This document shows positions 10,180 through 20,200 of a stretch of DNA of 64,000 nucleotides, one piece after another (positions within the stretch are counted from its first letter, which is position 1; each line of letters opens with the position of its first letter). The notes under the pieces are model-generated. The model was not told the origin of the DNA, made no database searches, and was given only the letters and a program-made list of their open reading frames with translations. The DNA lies in NCBI GenBank assembly GCA_051439505.1, contig JBFRWI010000070.1, positions 1 to 64,000 on the forward strand. The letters run 5' to 3'. A program made the translations under genes and the position numbers. The stretch is from Hormoscilla sp. (GTDB lineage Bacteria; Cyanobacteriota; Cyanobacteriia; Cyanobacteriales; Desertifilaceae).

Positions 10180-12588
10180 TCATTTTAACTCATCGAGCAA
10201 GCAGCGCATTTCTTCGGAATCCTCTGTCATCCCCAGGCGCTGGAAACCATCCTTCGCCTTAGTTGCCCATTCCCAGGCTTTCTCTGTATTGCCACGCGCT
10301 TTCTCTAAACGGGCAAATGATGCTTGATAGTTGGCAATAAGCACAAAGTGCTTATTGCGTTCGGCTACAGGTAAGCCTGTATTCAACAGAGTTTCAGCTT
10401 CCTCTAGATCGCCTTTTTTTATAGCAATGTTAGCTAGGGAGTTCCAATCGAAGATTATCGCCACTAACCAGTTAATATCCTCAGCCAGTTGCAGATCTTT
10501 TTCATAAAGTTGCTTTGCTCTGTCATAATCACACTCAAAAAAGTATATTTCAGCTCGATAATAGAGAACATTCATCAACAGTCGCTTGCGAAGGCGTTCT
10601 TCTATATTGCGATCGTTACTTACAAGTTCTTCCAATACATTTAGCCTATGACGCGCTTCTCCATATCGCTTTTGCCTGACACAGAGTATAGCTCTATAAT
10701 TAGCTAATAAAATCAGAACACGAGAGTTTGCGTAACTATGCAGACTCCATGCTTCTTCAGACAATTGATCTGCTACTTTTAGAGTATCGTCCCCAGCCAT
10801 CTGTACCAAGTTCCAAATTTTTTCTGACATTGCATATACAGCAGTTGACCATTCTCCTCGCCGCTGCGATGCCTCAATCAACCAGTCCAGCCAGAAACGA
10901 AGCTCATCCCAATAACCATATCGATCGGCGTAATCGTTGATATTTTTCCATAAATCTCTGACATCTTCATAGTATTCTGGCGCTTGGATTGCACACCAAT
11001 GGAGCACTGCTAGCAGATTTCCCCACTCTTCATCTAAATAGTCGTAGTGTATATGGTACTCGTCCCAATCTAGCCCTCCATATTTCTGGGCAAAGTCCAG
11101 ATACCAATTGACCCACCGTTCCCGCGCTTCCTTCTCAAACTCTGGGTTTTGCGCAAGTTCCGTGAAGACATACTCGCGGGTGAGACTCAGCATTCCATAG
11201 CGCCCTTCTTTCTGATGCACCAAGGAAAGTCGCTGGAGTTTAACAAAGCCTTTGTCCACCTTATCTGGCTCCATTTTCAGTCCCGCTACCTCAGCCACAG
11301 CATCCCAGACAGCAGCATCCGAGAAAATTGCCACCGACATCAGCAACTTATGGGCGGGTTGCTCCCTGAGTGGCTGTACCGAACCATCAAAGCAAAAACG
11401 AGCGATGTCTTCAGGTAGTGAGACTGACCGCTCTAATATCCTTTTTAGGGGATAGCCGCTGGCTAGCTGACCAATTAGATAAATCAGAGCAACGGGAATT
11501 CCGCCAAAACGGTTGTAAAGTTCCTCCGACTCTTCCTGAGAGAGCGTTACCCCTTTTTCGGACGCTTGTTGGTCAATTAACTGGAGACTCTCTTCCTTAG
11601 GCAAGCTATTCAGACGGATAGGAGAAAACAGCGGCACATGTTCCCGGGTAGTGATGACAGCTTTAGCAGAGTGTGGCAAGTTAGACAGAAAAGCTACAAC
11701 CTTATCTTTCTCCTCATCCTCTACAGTCTCCATATTATCCACAATCAGCAGGGTACGCTGTCTGCCCAGGCTTTCATAGACTCGGTTGAGTTGGTCTTCC
11801 GCAGTTGCTTGGATAATGCTCTGGTCGTCGAGAGTCCGGGAAATTTCCCGGAAAATGTCGCGCAGCGTACTCTGTCGCTGAAGTTGAGACACTATGCCAG
11901 TCGGCCAGAGAACATCTTGCTTGGCTGAGGTGAAGATAAAGGCATCAAATATCGGTGCGTTTAAGGGCGACTTACCAGATCTGCTGGCTTCCAGGCAGAG
12001 GTAAGCCGCTTCTAATACCAGTGCAGTTTTGCCCACGCCGCCGATGCCATCCACGGTAATGAAAGGATGACGGTAGTCGAGAGAAATCAATTTCAGTAGT
12101 TGCTTGAGTTCCGTTTGGCGACCGATAAATTTTATGTACTGCCGGCGTGGCAGATTTAGGGGAATATTGCACTGGGTATGGGGTTCGACTACTCTCACCG
12201 CCAGGGGTTCGCTGCTGGTGTCGGGGATATCGTTGGTCGCGGTTGGGGCGATCGGAGTGATAGTAAGGTTGAGATTATCGGTAACTGAATCTTGAGGGTG
12301 GGAGGGTTGTTCCGAGGGAACAGATGACAATCTCCGTTTCAGTGCTTGCTTAAAGTTTTTCTTAGAGACATGTTCGCCCAATAACCCTGAGAATAGCTGC
12401 CATAGTTCTGCGCCAATACTTTTAAGGTATGTCTCTGAGTAACCATAGCTCTCTGCAACATTGTAGTATGTTCGTTTCCGATCCTCCCAAAACTCCCGCA
12501 AGATGATGCTTTCTAGTTCCTTTAAGTGTCTTCCGGTCTTGTCAAGGACTAAGCTGTCTACATTTTCTAGGGCTTGTTCTGCATTCAT
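10180..12588 (-). CDS. STAND/NB-ARC NTPase with N-terminal wHTH-like domain and C-terminal TPR repeats (NLR-like)
   Basis: FIGR, Walker A GIGGVGKT, Walker B LLIVDNME, ITTR, GGIPVAL; N-terminal YGYSETYLKSIGAELWQLFS..LGE.VSKKNF helical domain; TPR-like C-terminal helices. Confidence 0.88.
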   Translation of the reverse strand: MNAEQALENVDSLVLDKTGRHLKELESIILREFWEDRKRTYYNVAESYGYSETYLKSIGAELWQLFSGLLGEHVSKKNFKQALKRRLSSVPSEQPSHPQDSVTDNLNLTITPIAPTATNDIPDTSSEPLAVRVVEPHTQCNIPLNLPRRQYIKFIGRQTELKQLLKLISLDYRHPFITVDGIGGVGKTALVLEAAYLCLEASRSGKSPLNAPIFDAFIFTSAKQDVLWPTGIVSQLQRQSTLRDIFREISRTLDDQSIIQATAEDQLNRVYESLGRQRTLLIVDNMETVEDEEKDKVVAFLSNLPHSAKAVITTREHVPLFSPIRLNSLPKEESLQLIDQQASEKGVTLSQEESEELYNRFGGIPVALIYLIGQLASGYPLKRILERSVSLPEDIARFCFDGSVQPLREQPAHKLLMSVAIFSDAAVWDAVAEVAGLKMEPDKVDKGFVKLQRLSLVHQKEGRYGMLSLTREYVFTELAQNPEFEKEARERWVNWYLDFAQKYGGLDWDEYHIHYDYLDEEWGNLLAVLHWCAIQAPEYYEDVRDLWKNINDYADRYGYWDELRFWLDWLIEASQRRGEWSTAVYAMSEKIWNLVQMAGDDTLKVADQLSEEAWSLHSYANSRVLILLANYRAILCVRQKRYGEARHRLNVLEELVSNDRNIEERLRKRLLMNVLYYRAEIYFFECDYDRAKQLYEKDLQLAEDINWLVAIIFDWNSLANIAIKKGDLEEAETLLNTGLPVAERNKHFVLIANYQASFARLEKARGNTEKAWEWATKAKDGFQRLGMTEDSEEMRCLLDELK

Positions 12589-12720
12589 GATTTTCCTCTG
12601 AGTTCAGCTGATTATTCATTATAACTCATATCTGGCACCATTCTCAACTAGAGGCTCCGCCTCGATAGCTCCTTAAGAGGCTCTGCCTCTTAAGGAGGGT
12701 AAAACACTTTCTTTATAAGG

Positions 12721-12790
12721 TTTTCAGTCGGTTTTCAACCGACTTTAGCTATTAGCCGTGGGTTTGCAACCCACGGCGGGCCAGGAGACT
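12721..12790. repeat. Double-hairpin dispersed element; inverted copy at 38808-38876, partial copy at about 61518-61540
   Basis: AGTCGGTT..AACCGACT plus GCCGTGGGTT..AACCCACGGC; reverse complement aligns with the 38808 copy. Confidence 0.85.
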
Positions 12791-12870
12791 TACTGGCGGG
12801 AGTCAGGGAACCCAGGGATTTGAAACCCTAGCGGACCATGAGACAAATATATAATAGTGCCAACTCTAAT

Positions 12871-12960
12871 TTTCAACTTTTCCTACTTTTTCCTACCTTT
12901 TCATACTCACACAACTTTCCCTAACTTTTTCCTACTTTATTCGCAGACCACGTTCCCTAC
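12871..12960 (+). promoter_or_regulatory. About 10-bp-periodic TCCTAC-type direct repeats, candidate regulator binding array
   Basis: TCCTAC 12881, 12891, 12930; TCATAC 12901; CCCTAC 12955; followed by CTAAATATGACTGA x2 (12970, 12992). Confidence 0.45.
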
Positions 12961-13094
12961 TAACCAATTCTAAATATGACTGACTCACATACTAAATATG
13001 ACTGAAATTAATGTTGAGAGTGATTATATTTGAATTGTTGGAATTGAAGCGACAAGCTTCTCACATGAAAGTCAAAAATCAAGGATGAATCACA

Positions 13095-13250
13095 ATGAGT
13101 ACACGCGGTAGTTACAAAGGCAAAAACATGTACGGAGATCACGTCTACGTTTATAAGAGCGGCAGCAAAGAGATTGCACGGGGAACTGGTTCCAGTCGGG
13201 AAGATGCAAAAGCTGCTGCTGATGCAGATCTCCGGCAGCGTGGTGGTTAA
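13095..13250 (+). CDS. Unannotated 51-aa protein MSTRGSYKGKNMYGDHVYVYKSGSKEIARGTGSSREDAKAAADADLRQRGG
   Basis: AAGGA RBS at 13081, ATG 13095, TAA 13248-13250; protein-like strand-then-helix pattern; palindrome downstream at 13305-13344. Confidence 0.6.
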   Translation: MSTRGSYKGKNMYGDHVYVYKSGSKEIARGTGSSREDAKAAADADLRQRGG

Positions 13251-13611
13251 TTCCACATTAGCACGACATTCTTTGTCTAGTCCTCTATCAAGCTAATTCA
13301 CTAGGTTTGTAGTTGCGCTTTAGCGCTGAAGCGCAACTACAAACAAACTCAACTTGGCTTCCTGGACTTGGCATTATACTGACTCAAGCGTTGCGCCTGC
13401 GGAGGCGCAAAGGGGGGCTTTTTTTGCCTCCAGCCTTTGATATCATATCCGGATAATTGACCTTAATATCGTAGGTTGTGGTTGGGTTTCGTGCCTCAAC
13501 CCAACCTACAGTTGCGTTCATTCTTTTATTATGGGCATTCTCCGGTATTTTAGCCGATCGCACCAGGTATGCAGTGCCCAATAATCGCAGCAAAAATTAA
13601 GTGGAGGTAAG

Positions 13612-13959
13612 ATGGAAACAGATTTTTACAACAATGGTGTAGTTAGAGTCACCAGAACCTTGTTTGAGGTTCCAGGGACACAATTTCCAATTCGCAACAT
13701 CGCTGCAGTCAAAACTCGGAAAATTAATCCCGATCGCAAGGGCCCGATCGTCTGCATTATTATTGGAGTGGTGACTTTAGCAGCTTTCGTCGGTATTCTG
13801 CTGATTATTGGTGGAATATGGTGGTTGGTGTCTCAAAAACCTACCTATTGGCTGATTGTCGTTTCAGGGGGATCCGATCTTGAAGCTTATGCTTCCAATG
13901 ATGCTACCCAAATCCGAGAAATACAGTCCGCTGTTAACGCAGCACTCGCTCAACACTGA
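13612..13959 (+). CDS. DUF6232-like small membrane protein
   Basis: FYNNGVVRVT..FPIRNIAAV then two hydrophobic helices; GGAGG RBS. Confidence 0.75.
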   Translation: METDFYNNGVVRVTRTLFEVPGTQFPIRNIAAVKTRKINPDRKGPIVCIIIGVVTLAAFVGILLIIGGIWWLVSQKPTYWLIVVSGGSDLEAYASNDATQIREIQSAVNAALAQH

Positions 13960-14053
13960 ACCATATTTCATCTAATCACATTATGGGCGATCGGGCCTAT
14001 GGATAAATAAGCCAACCTGCTGAAGAGAACATCCCATTTTTCTAATCTAGCCC

Positions 14054-14099
14054 TCGATGTCGAAGGAGTAGTGCGAATAGCGCTCTCCTTCGACATCGA
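14054..14099. repeat. Perfect 15-bp inverted repeat (hairpin)
   Basis: TCGATGTCGAAGGAG-N16-CTCCTTCGACATCGA. Confidence 0.85.
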
Positions 14100-14201
14100 A
14101 GCAGGCGGGCTTTGTAACTGTAGCCCCACTCTTTAGGGTGGGGATGAGACAATTCACCAAGTGAATTTCATGTATTTGGCGTAGCAAATGTAAAATTATA
14201 G

Positions 14202-14461
14202 CTATTTACTTATTAACTCGCGAACTTGCTAAAAATAAGCATCAATTAACAAACTATATCCCCTGAATTTGATATTTTTGTTCGAGCAAATGTGCTAGCA
14301 TTCTCGATTCGCCAATCCACTCGTCAAAATCGAAGCTATGCTGAATCTCATCATTAGCAAACCTACGCAGGAACTCCTCTGTCGATAACTGATACTTAAT
14401 TTCAAATTCCCGTAATCGTGCTTCCGTCCGCCTGATGCCAGCTTCCAGAGAACTACTCATG
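14202..14461 (-). pseudogene. Remnant antitoxin/toxin pair (TumA-like antitoxin fragment plus start of DUF6516/TumE-like toxin)
   Basis: LEAGIRRTEARLREFEIKYQLSTEEF..FDEWIGE; TAG before FVN*; overlapping TTG frame reads LLIDAYF*QVRELISK*. Confidence 0.55.
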
Positions 14462-15419
14462 TCTGTATAGTACCATGATAATGGTTCCCCAGGCAAAGGG
14501 GCGATCGCATCTAAGCCAACTGTTACCCGGCGGGTTTTGTGCAGAAGCGGCCCCCCAACCGCACCGGCACCCGTAAATCTCTTCACTCCAGGACAAGCCT
14601 GACACTCGCGATACAGTATATTTAATGTAGAGGACAAACAGCACGGCCCGCCATCGGAGTCGCACCGCATGTTAATATACTCGACAAACGTGACAACGGC
14701 ACCCTGGACACTGGGACCTGGCAACATGGTAAGTGGTGAAGCATCTATATCCGTTGCTTTCACCTAACCAGTACAGACCGGCATCCTAAAACCCCCCATT
14801 CTCTGAAATCAGTTCCCGAACTGAAATCTGACGTTCCCCTCCTGCTGCCATCCCTGGGAGTACCGGCGATACCCAAACTCGTCCCCTAACCCCCCCAAAC
14901 AGCTCGACCACTTGTACTAATTAGCACATTCCCTACTTCAATCCCTGGACCCCTAGTTGCCAGCCCCAAATCAAGCTCGATCTTATCATCCCAGCTCCCC
15001 TTTCCTCAAGCAAGCCCATCAACTGTCCAAGTACCAGCTTATGAAGATTAACTATTTCATACCCCATTTCTACCCTACGACTCCTTAAAATTGCCATAAT
15101 CGCTATGTGGGGTAAGACCCCCCACTCAACTAGAGGATAATTTTCAGGTAGACTTTTGACATTTACCGTTATGGTAGAATAATATTATCTTAATATTTAA
15201 CTTAACGGAAATTAATGTGCTCAGGAGAACATCTAAGAGTTGTCACTTCCGAGTAAAATATCAAACACAACCGGCTATTGGGGAAGCGAGATCGCTTAGA
15301 TTCGGCTCAGGCTAAATAGAAGTATATGACAACTAGGTAGGGAGTTGGATGTGGTAGGGCACCAACCCGCAACAGTGATTATTGGCATCACCATTTTTAA
15401 GTAAAATTGAGTAACAACC

Positions 15420-16652
15420 ATGACTGGCAACAGTATCCAAACCTTAACAACCGACAACACGCCCAAAATGACGACTTACCCGACCAAAGTCATTAAGCAT
15501 ATTATTGACAGAGGGATTTCCGGATGCGTAACCTTCGACGATCCGCAAGATAGTGGGGTCAGTTGGCAAATGTATGTCGGGGGTAGTCAATTGAATTACG
15601 CGACTAGCACAAAGGGAAAGGCCGAACGTCTACAATGCATACTGCGTAAGAATTATAAAGATCTAGCAGAACTTGACTTTACTGACGAGGAGTTGGAGTA
15701 TCAAACAATATGCAAGTGGTGGCATAATAAAGGATTGCCGATGTCGAGTCTGCGCAGACTGTTGGCGCAAATAAGTCTAGAAGCGTTAGTGCAAATTATG
15801 GCATTGCCGCAGACAACAGTAAATTTTAACAAGTCCAGCAAGGTAGAACCGATACTGATCGGAAATCCCTTGGATAAAATACCTCCATCAGTCTGGACAG
15901 TAGTTTCCCAGTGGAAGCAGTGGAGACAGCAGAATTTCCCCTCGCCTTTTACCCGCCTTTATTTAAGCGATGAAAACCAGCAGTTTTTTAGCGAGTTGTG
16001 GCAACAGCTCAAAAAAGTGGCGAAGGTAAAATCAGGGCCTCTGTTTGACTCCGAAAACCTGCCGGCGATCGTGGGAACGCTACAGCAGCGACAATCATTA
16101 TATCAAGTGGCAGACAGGCTGCAAGTGCCGCCTCAACTAATGGCCCTCTGGCTCCAGCCGTTTTTGGCCAAAAAAGTGGTGATCGCCCTTTCCTACGGAG
16201 ACGGTCAGCCCCAAAAGCAGAAAATGGACAGCGAAGCAGCCTCAATCGCCAAAAAGCTGGAGCAAGAGCAGCGTCAGGTGATTGCTTGCATCGACGACAG
16301 CAAAACAGTGCAACGACAGGTGCGGGGAATTTTGGAAGCTTCAGGTTATAATGTATTGAGCATTACAGAACCAGCACAGGCATTGACATCCTTGGTGCGC
16401 CAGAAGCCAGCAGCAATTCTGATGGATGTGAATATGCCAGATATCAACGGCTATGAGCTGTGCAGTATGTTGCGACAGTCAAGGCAATTAAAAAATATTC
16501 CGATTATGATGTTAACAGGGAGAGATGGAATCATGGACAGGATGAGAGCAAAAATGCTGGGTGTAAACTCCTATCTGACCAAACCATTTCGCCCGGACGA
16601 ACTTCTAGAATACGTGCAAAAGCTGCTGCAAACTGTACCAGCAGAAGGCTAG
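15420..16652 (+). CDS. PatA-type response regulator (PATAN plus receiver)
   Basis: N-terminal PATAN-like region; IACIDDS, LMDVNMP, YLTKPF; first gene of che-like cluster. Confidence 0.9.
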   Translation: MTGNSIQTLTTDNTPKMTTYPTKVIKHIIDRGISGCVTFDDPQDSGVSWQMYVGGSQLNYATSTKGKAERLQCILRKNYKDLAELDFTDEELEYQTICKWWHNKGLPMSSLRRLLAQISLEALVQIMALPQTTVNFNKSSKVEPILIGNPLDKIPPSVWTVVSQWKQWRQQNFPSPFTRLYLSDENQQFFSELWQQLKKVAKVKSGPLFDSENLPAIVGTLQQRQSLYQVADRLQVPPQLMALWLQPFLAKKVVIALSYGDGQPQKQKMDSEAASIAKKLEQEQRQVIACIDDSKTVQRQVRGILEASGYNVLSITEPAQALTSLVRQKPAAILMDVNMPDINGYELCSMLRQSRQLKNIPIMMLTGRDGIMDRMRAKMLGVNSYLTKPFRPDELLEYVQKLLQTVPAEG

Positions 16653-16705
16653 AAAAGAAAGGGTGCAAGAGGATAAACGGTGAAACCAATGAGTGGTAAA
16701 TTACC

Positions 16706-17197
16706 ATGTATGAGGAGTATTTTAAGGTGCTATTGTCCGGGGCAATCAGGGTAGCACTCCCATTAAGCGCGGTAGAAACGGTATGCAAAATAAATCAACG
16801 GCAAGTATGCCCGATACCAGGAGTACAGCCCAGTTTACTGGGCGTGTTTAATCGTCAGGGAACATTGACATGGGTATGGGATATTACTGAGTATATGGGA
16901 TTGGGTTCCCAGCTATACAAGCCAGGAAAAGACTGGACGGCAGTAGTGATAACGAGGAAAGATCCCGGTCGAAAAGAGCGACAGCAAAAAAAAATATCGG
17001 CGGCTTGTGTAGTGGCTCAATTAGAAGGGGTGTTCGCGCCCAGCGAGATCAAAGCATTTACCAAACCAGTAAAGCCCAAACTGCAACCATTGTTTGCAGG
17101 AGTGGCATACTCCGATAAGCAAAAAATTGCTGTACTCAACCCGTCGGCATTGCTGGAAGCCCTATACAGCGAACAGGACGAGAACAAAAGCAAATGA
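16706..17197 (+). CDS. cheW: CheW-like coupling protein
   Basis: VCPIPGVQPSLLGVFNRQGTLTWVWD; cluster context. Confidence 0.88.
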   Translation: MYEEYFKVLLSGAIRVALPLSAVETVCKINQRQVCPIPGVQPSLLGVFNRQGTLTWVWDITEYMGLGSQLYKPGKDWTAVVITRKDPGRKERQQKKISAACVVAQLEGVFAPSEIKAFTKPVKPKLQPLFAGVAYSDKQKIAVLNPSALLEALYSEQDENKSK

Positions 17198-17229
17198 CGA
17201 GCATCACGACCAAAAGTTAACAGCTCAAG

Positions 17230-20200
17230 GTGAAATCGAGGGAAAGGAAAATGCAGCATCTTCAAGACCAGGAATTGGGGAGCCAAGCACCACTAGCGGA
17301 AAATACTGATTCAGCGGGAGAAGAGTTAATCGAAAAGCTGCTACAAGCAAATATTTGCGAGCAAGCAGGGGAAATAGGGAAAGCTATTAGTCTGTATGAA
17401 GAAATAGTGGCCAGAGATGGAGAGGGAACCTATGGGTTAAGCGCTCAAAAAGCCCTAGAGTCCCTGCCATCGGCTGGGGGAAAGCCACCATCCGACCGGA
17501 AGCACCAGTCGGGATTGGATCCAGGGAACGGAAAAACTCCTCCAGAAGATCGGCCAGGGGACAATCTAGAGGGAACAGAGGCAGAAGTAGAAGACTTAAT
17601 AGATAAACTACTACAGGCAAATATCTGGGAACAATCAGGGGAAATAGACAAAGCAATTGGCCTGTACAGAGAAATAATTGCCATAGATGGAGAGGGAAGC
17701 TATGGGTTAAGCGCCCAAAAAGCCCTAGAAGGGATAGAGGGACAGGGGAGTTGGCAGCAGCAGGAGGCGGAGGTTGCAGGAGAAAAGGAAAAAATTCCGA
17801 CTCAAACTCACGAAAACAGTAATTCGGGGGCGGCGGCAGTAGAAGTAGGAGACTTAATAGAGAAACTGCTACAGGCAAATAGCTGGGAGCAGGCAGGGGA
17901 AATAGATAAAGCCACTGGCCTGTATGAAGAAATAATAGCCCTAGATCCAGAGGGAAGCTATGGGTTGAGCGCTCAAAAAGCCCTAGAAGCCTTAGGAAAA
18001 CCGGCAGTAAGCATAACGGTGCCCTCCGAACAGCCAGGGGAGATCGCTCCAGAGGCAGGGGCACCATCGGTAGAGTTGCAACAGGGACAGTGGATAAAGC
18101 TCAATCCGTTAACCAGGGGCAAGGGGCCCAAGGGGTTAGGTAAAAGGTGGGGGAATCTGGGGGTCCGAACTAAGTTATCGGTTCTGCTCATCGGTGCAGC
18201 GGTGCTGCCAATGGTGGCGGCAACGGTCGCGATGGTGTGGCTCGGCTCCAAAAATGCCTTGATGGCAGAGAAGGAAAAGCTCAAGTCGAATCTGGATGGC
18301 TGGGAAAAAGAATACGTACTCTGGCAACGAGATGACAGCAGTAATGATGCGGAAACATTAGCTCGTCTGGTGACAGCCAATGGGGTGAATTTAAGTGACA
18401 GCGCAGCAGTGGAAACAAACAAGGCGGATTTGCTGAGGCTGCTGCGGGAAGCAACCACGGCGGGGGACAAGCTGCGTCCGGAACTGACCAAAAGCTTCTG
18501 GATATTTACGGATGCTGAAGGTCGGAGTGTGGCGCAAACGGCAAAAATCCAGTTGCAGCCAGCCCAGAACGCCGCAGGATATCCGCTGTTGCCAGGGGAA
18601 AACTCGAAACCTAGTGCGGCAGATTTTGAAATGCTGTCAACTCCTGTAAGCATAAACATGGCAGAACTGCCGATCGTGAAAAAGGTTCTGGAAACAGGAG
18701 AACCACTCAGGGGTGTGGAGCTAGTACCCTGGGAGTATCTGGCTCCTTTGGGATTGTCAGAGCAGACAAAAATTAGGGGGCGGACGACAGGAGAAACGGC
18801 AGGAGAAACGGTGGAAGTTTACCGGACGGGCCTGACAAGCATGGCAGTATATCCAGTGCGGGTGAATGACCGGATGGTGGGGACGGCAATAGTAGGAGTG
18901 CTGCTCAATGGAAATTATGCTTTGATAGACCATGTGGGGCAAGTATACGACATCCCATGGCTATCTTTATTTGCTCAAAGGTGGATGGTAAACACAACGG
19001 TAGCAGATAGGGAATCAGGCACCAGGGCGATCGGGACTTTAGCAGCACCGGCAGTAACAGAGGCAGTGATAGCCCGGGGGTCCGAATTGCTGCAAACAGA
19101 ACAGGTTAATGGTGTAAAATACATCAGGATGTATCGACCGGTATACGACCATCAGCAGCAACTGAATCCAGGGTCCGCCAAGCCAGTGGGGATGATATCG
19201 GCGGCACGTCAACAGCCAGAACTAGCTCAACTCTTGGCAGGACCGCAGCTATTGGGCTTGTCAATTGGAACGATTATGTTAGTGCTGGTGCTATTGGTGG
19301 GCCTAGGGGTGGCTTCGGCCTTGGCCAGGGAACTGCGGTCTTTGGCATCATTTGCCGAGCGCCTAGGTAGTGGCGATCGGGGAACGCGACTGGCCACGAC
19401 GGGGAAAACAGATGAGGTGGGGCTCCTGGCGCTGCAACTCAATGAAATGGCCAGCAGTATAGAGAGTAATATAGATAGGGTATCGAGAGCAGAGGAAAAT
19501 AGACGCCAAGAAGTAGAACAACAGCGACTTGCAAAGGAAAAGTTACAGCGGCAGGTGATCGAGCTGCTGATGAAAATAGAAGGGGCCCAGCAGGGAAATT
19601 TAACGGTACACATACCTCAGATGGAAGGAGAAGTGGGGGCGATCGCGGATGCGGTGAACGCCACGATCCGCAGTCTGAGACAATTGGTAAGCAAGGTGAA
19701 AACGGTAACTTCCCAGGTGACCCAAGAGGCGAGCGAAAGTGAGGTGTCTGTAGGAAAACTATCCACGGCGGCCCTGACACAATCGCAAGAACTGACTCAG
19801 GCCCTGGTAGAGGTGGTGGAAATTTCCGACTCGATCGATCGGGTGGCACAGTCCTCTCAAGAGGCGGCCCATCTGGCTCGGAGCGTGGCGGAAGCAGCGG
19901 AGTTGGGAGATGCGGCGATGGATAAAACCGTAGTCAGTATGGACAATATCCGCACGGCGGTAGCTAACACGGCCAAGAAAGCCAAGCGTCTGGCGGAGTC
20001 TTCTCAAGAAATTTCTCAAATGGTGGAAATTATCTCGGCAATTTCGGAAAAAGCCAACCTGCTAGCATTTAATGCCTCCATTGAAGCAGCTCGGGCAGGT
20101 TCCCAAGGACAGGGTTTTCGGGAAGTGGCCGAACAAGTGCGGGGGTTGGCCCAGCAGGTGAGCGAATCAACCCAAAACATCGAGCAGTTAATCAGCAGCA

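Noticed and set aside
14254..14763. 169-aa ORF as a real gene
   Set aside because: Only the last about 68 codons look protein-like (antitoxin relic); the rest appears to be a chance open frame
15110..15116. SigF-type GGGTAAG promoter element for the taxis operon
   Set aside because: Short motif inside a hairpin, 300 bp from the start codon; could easily be chance
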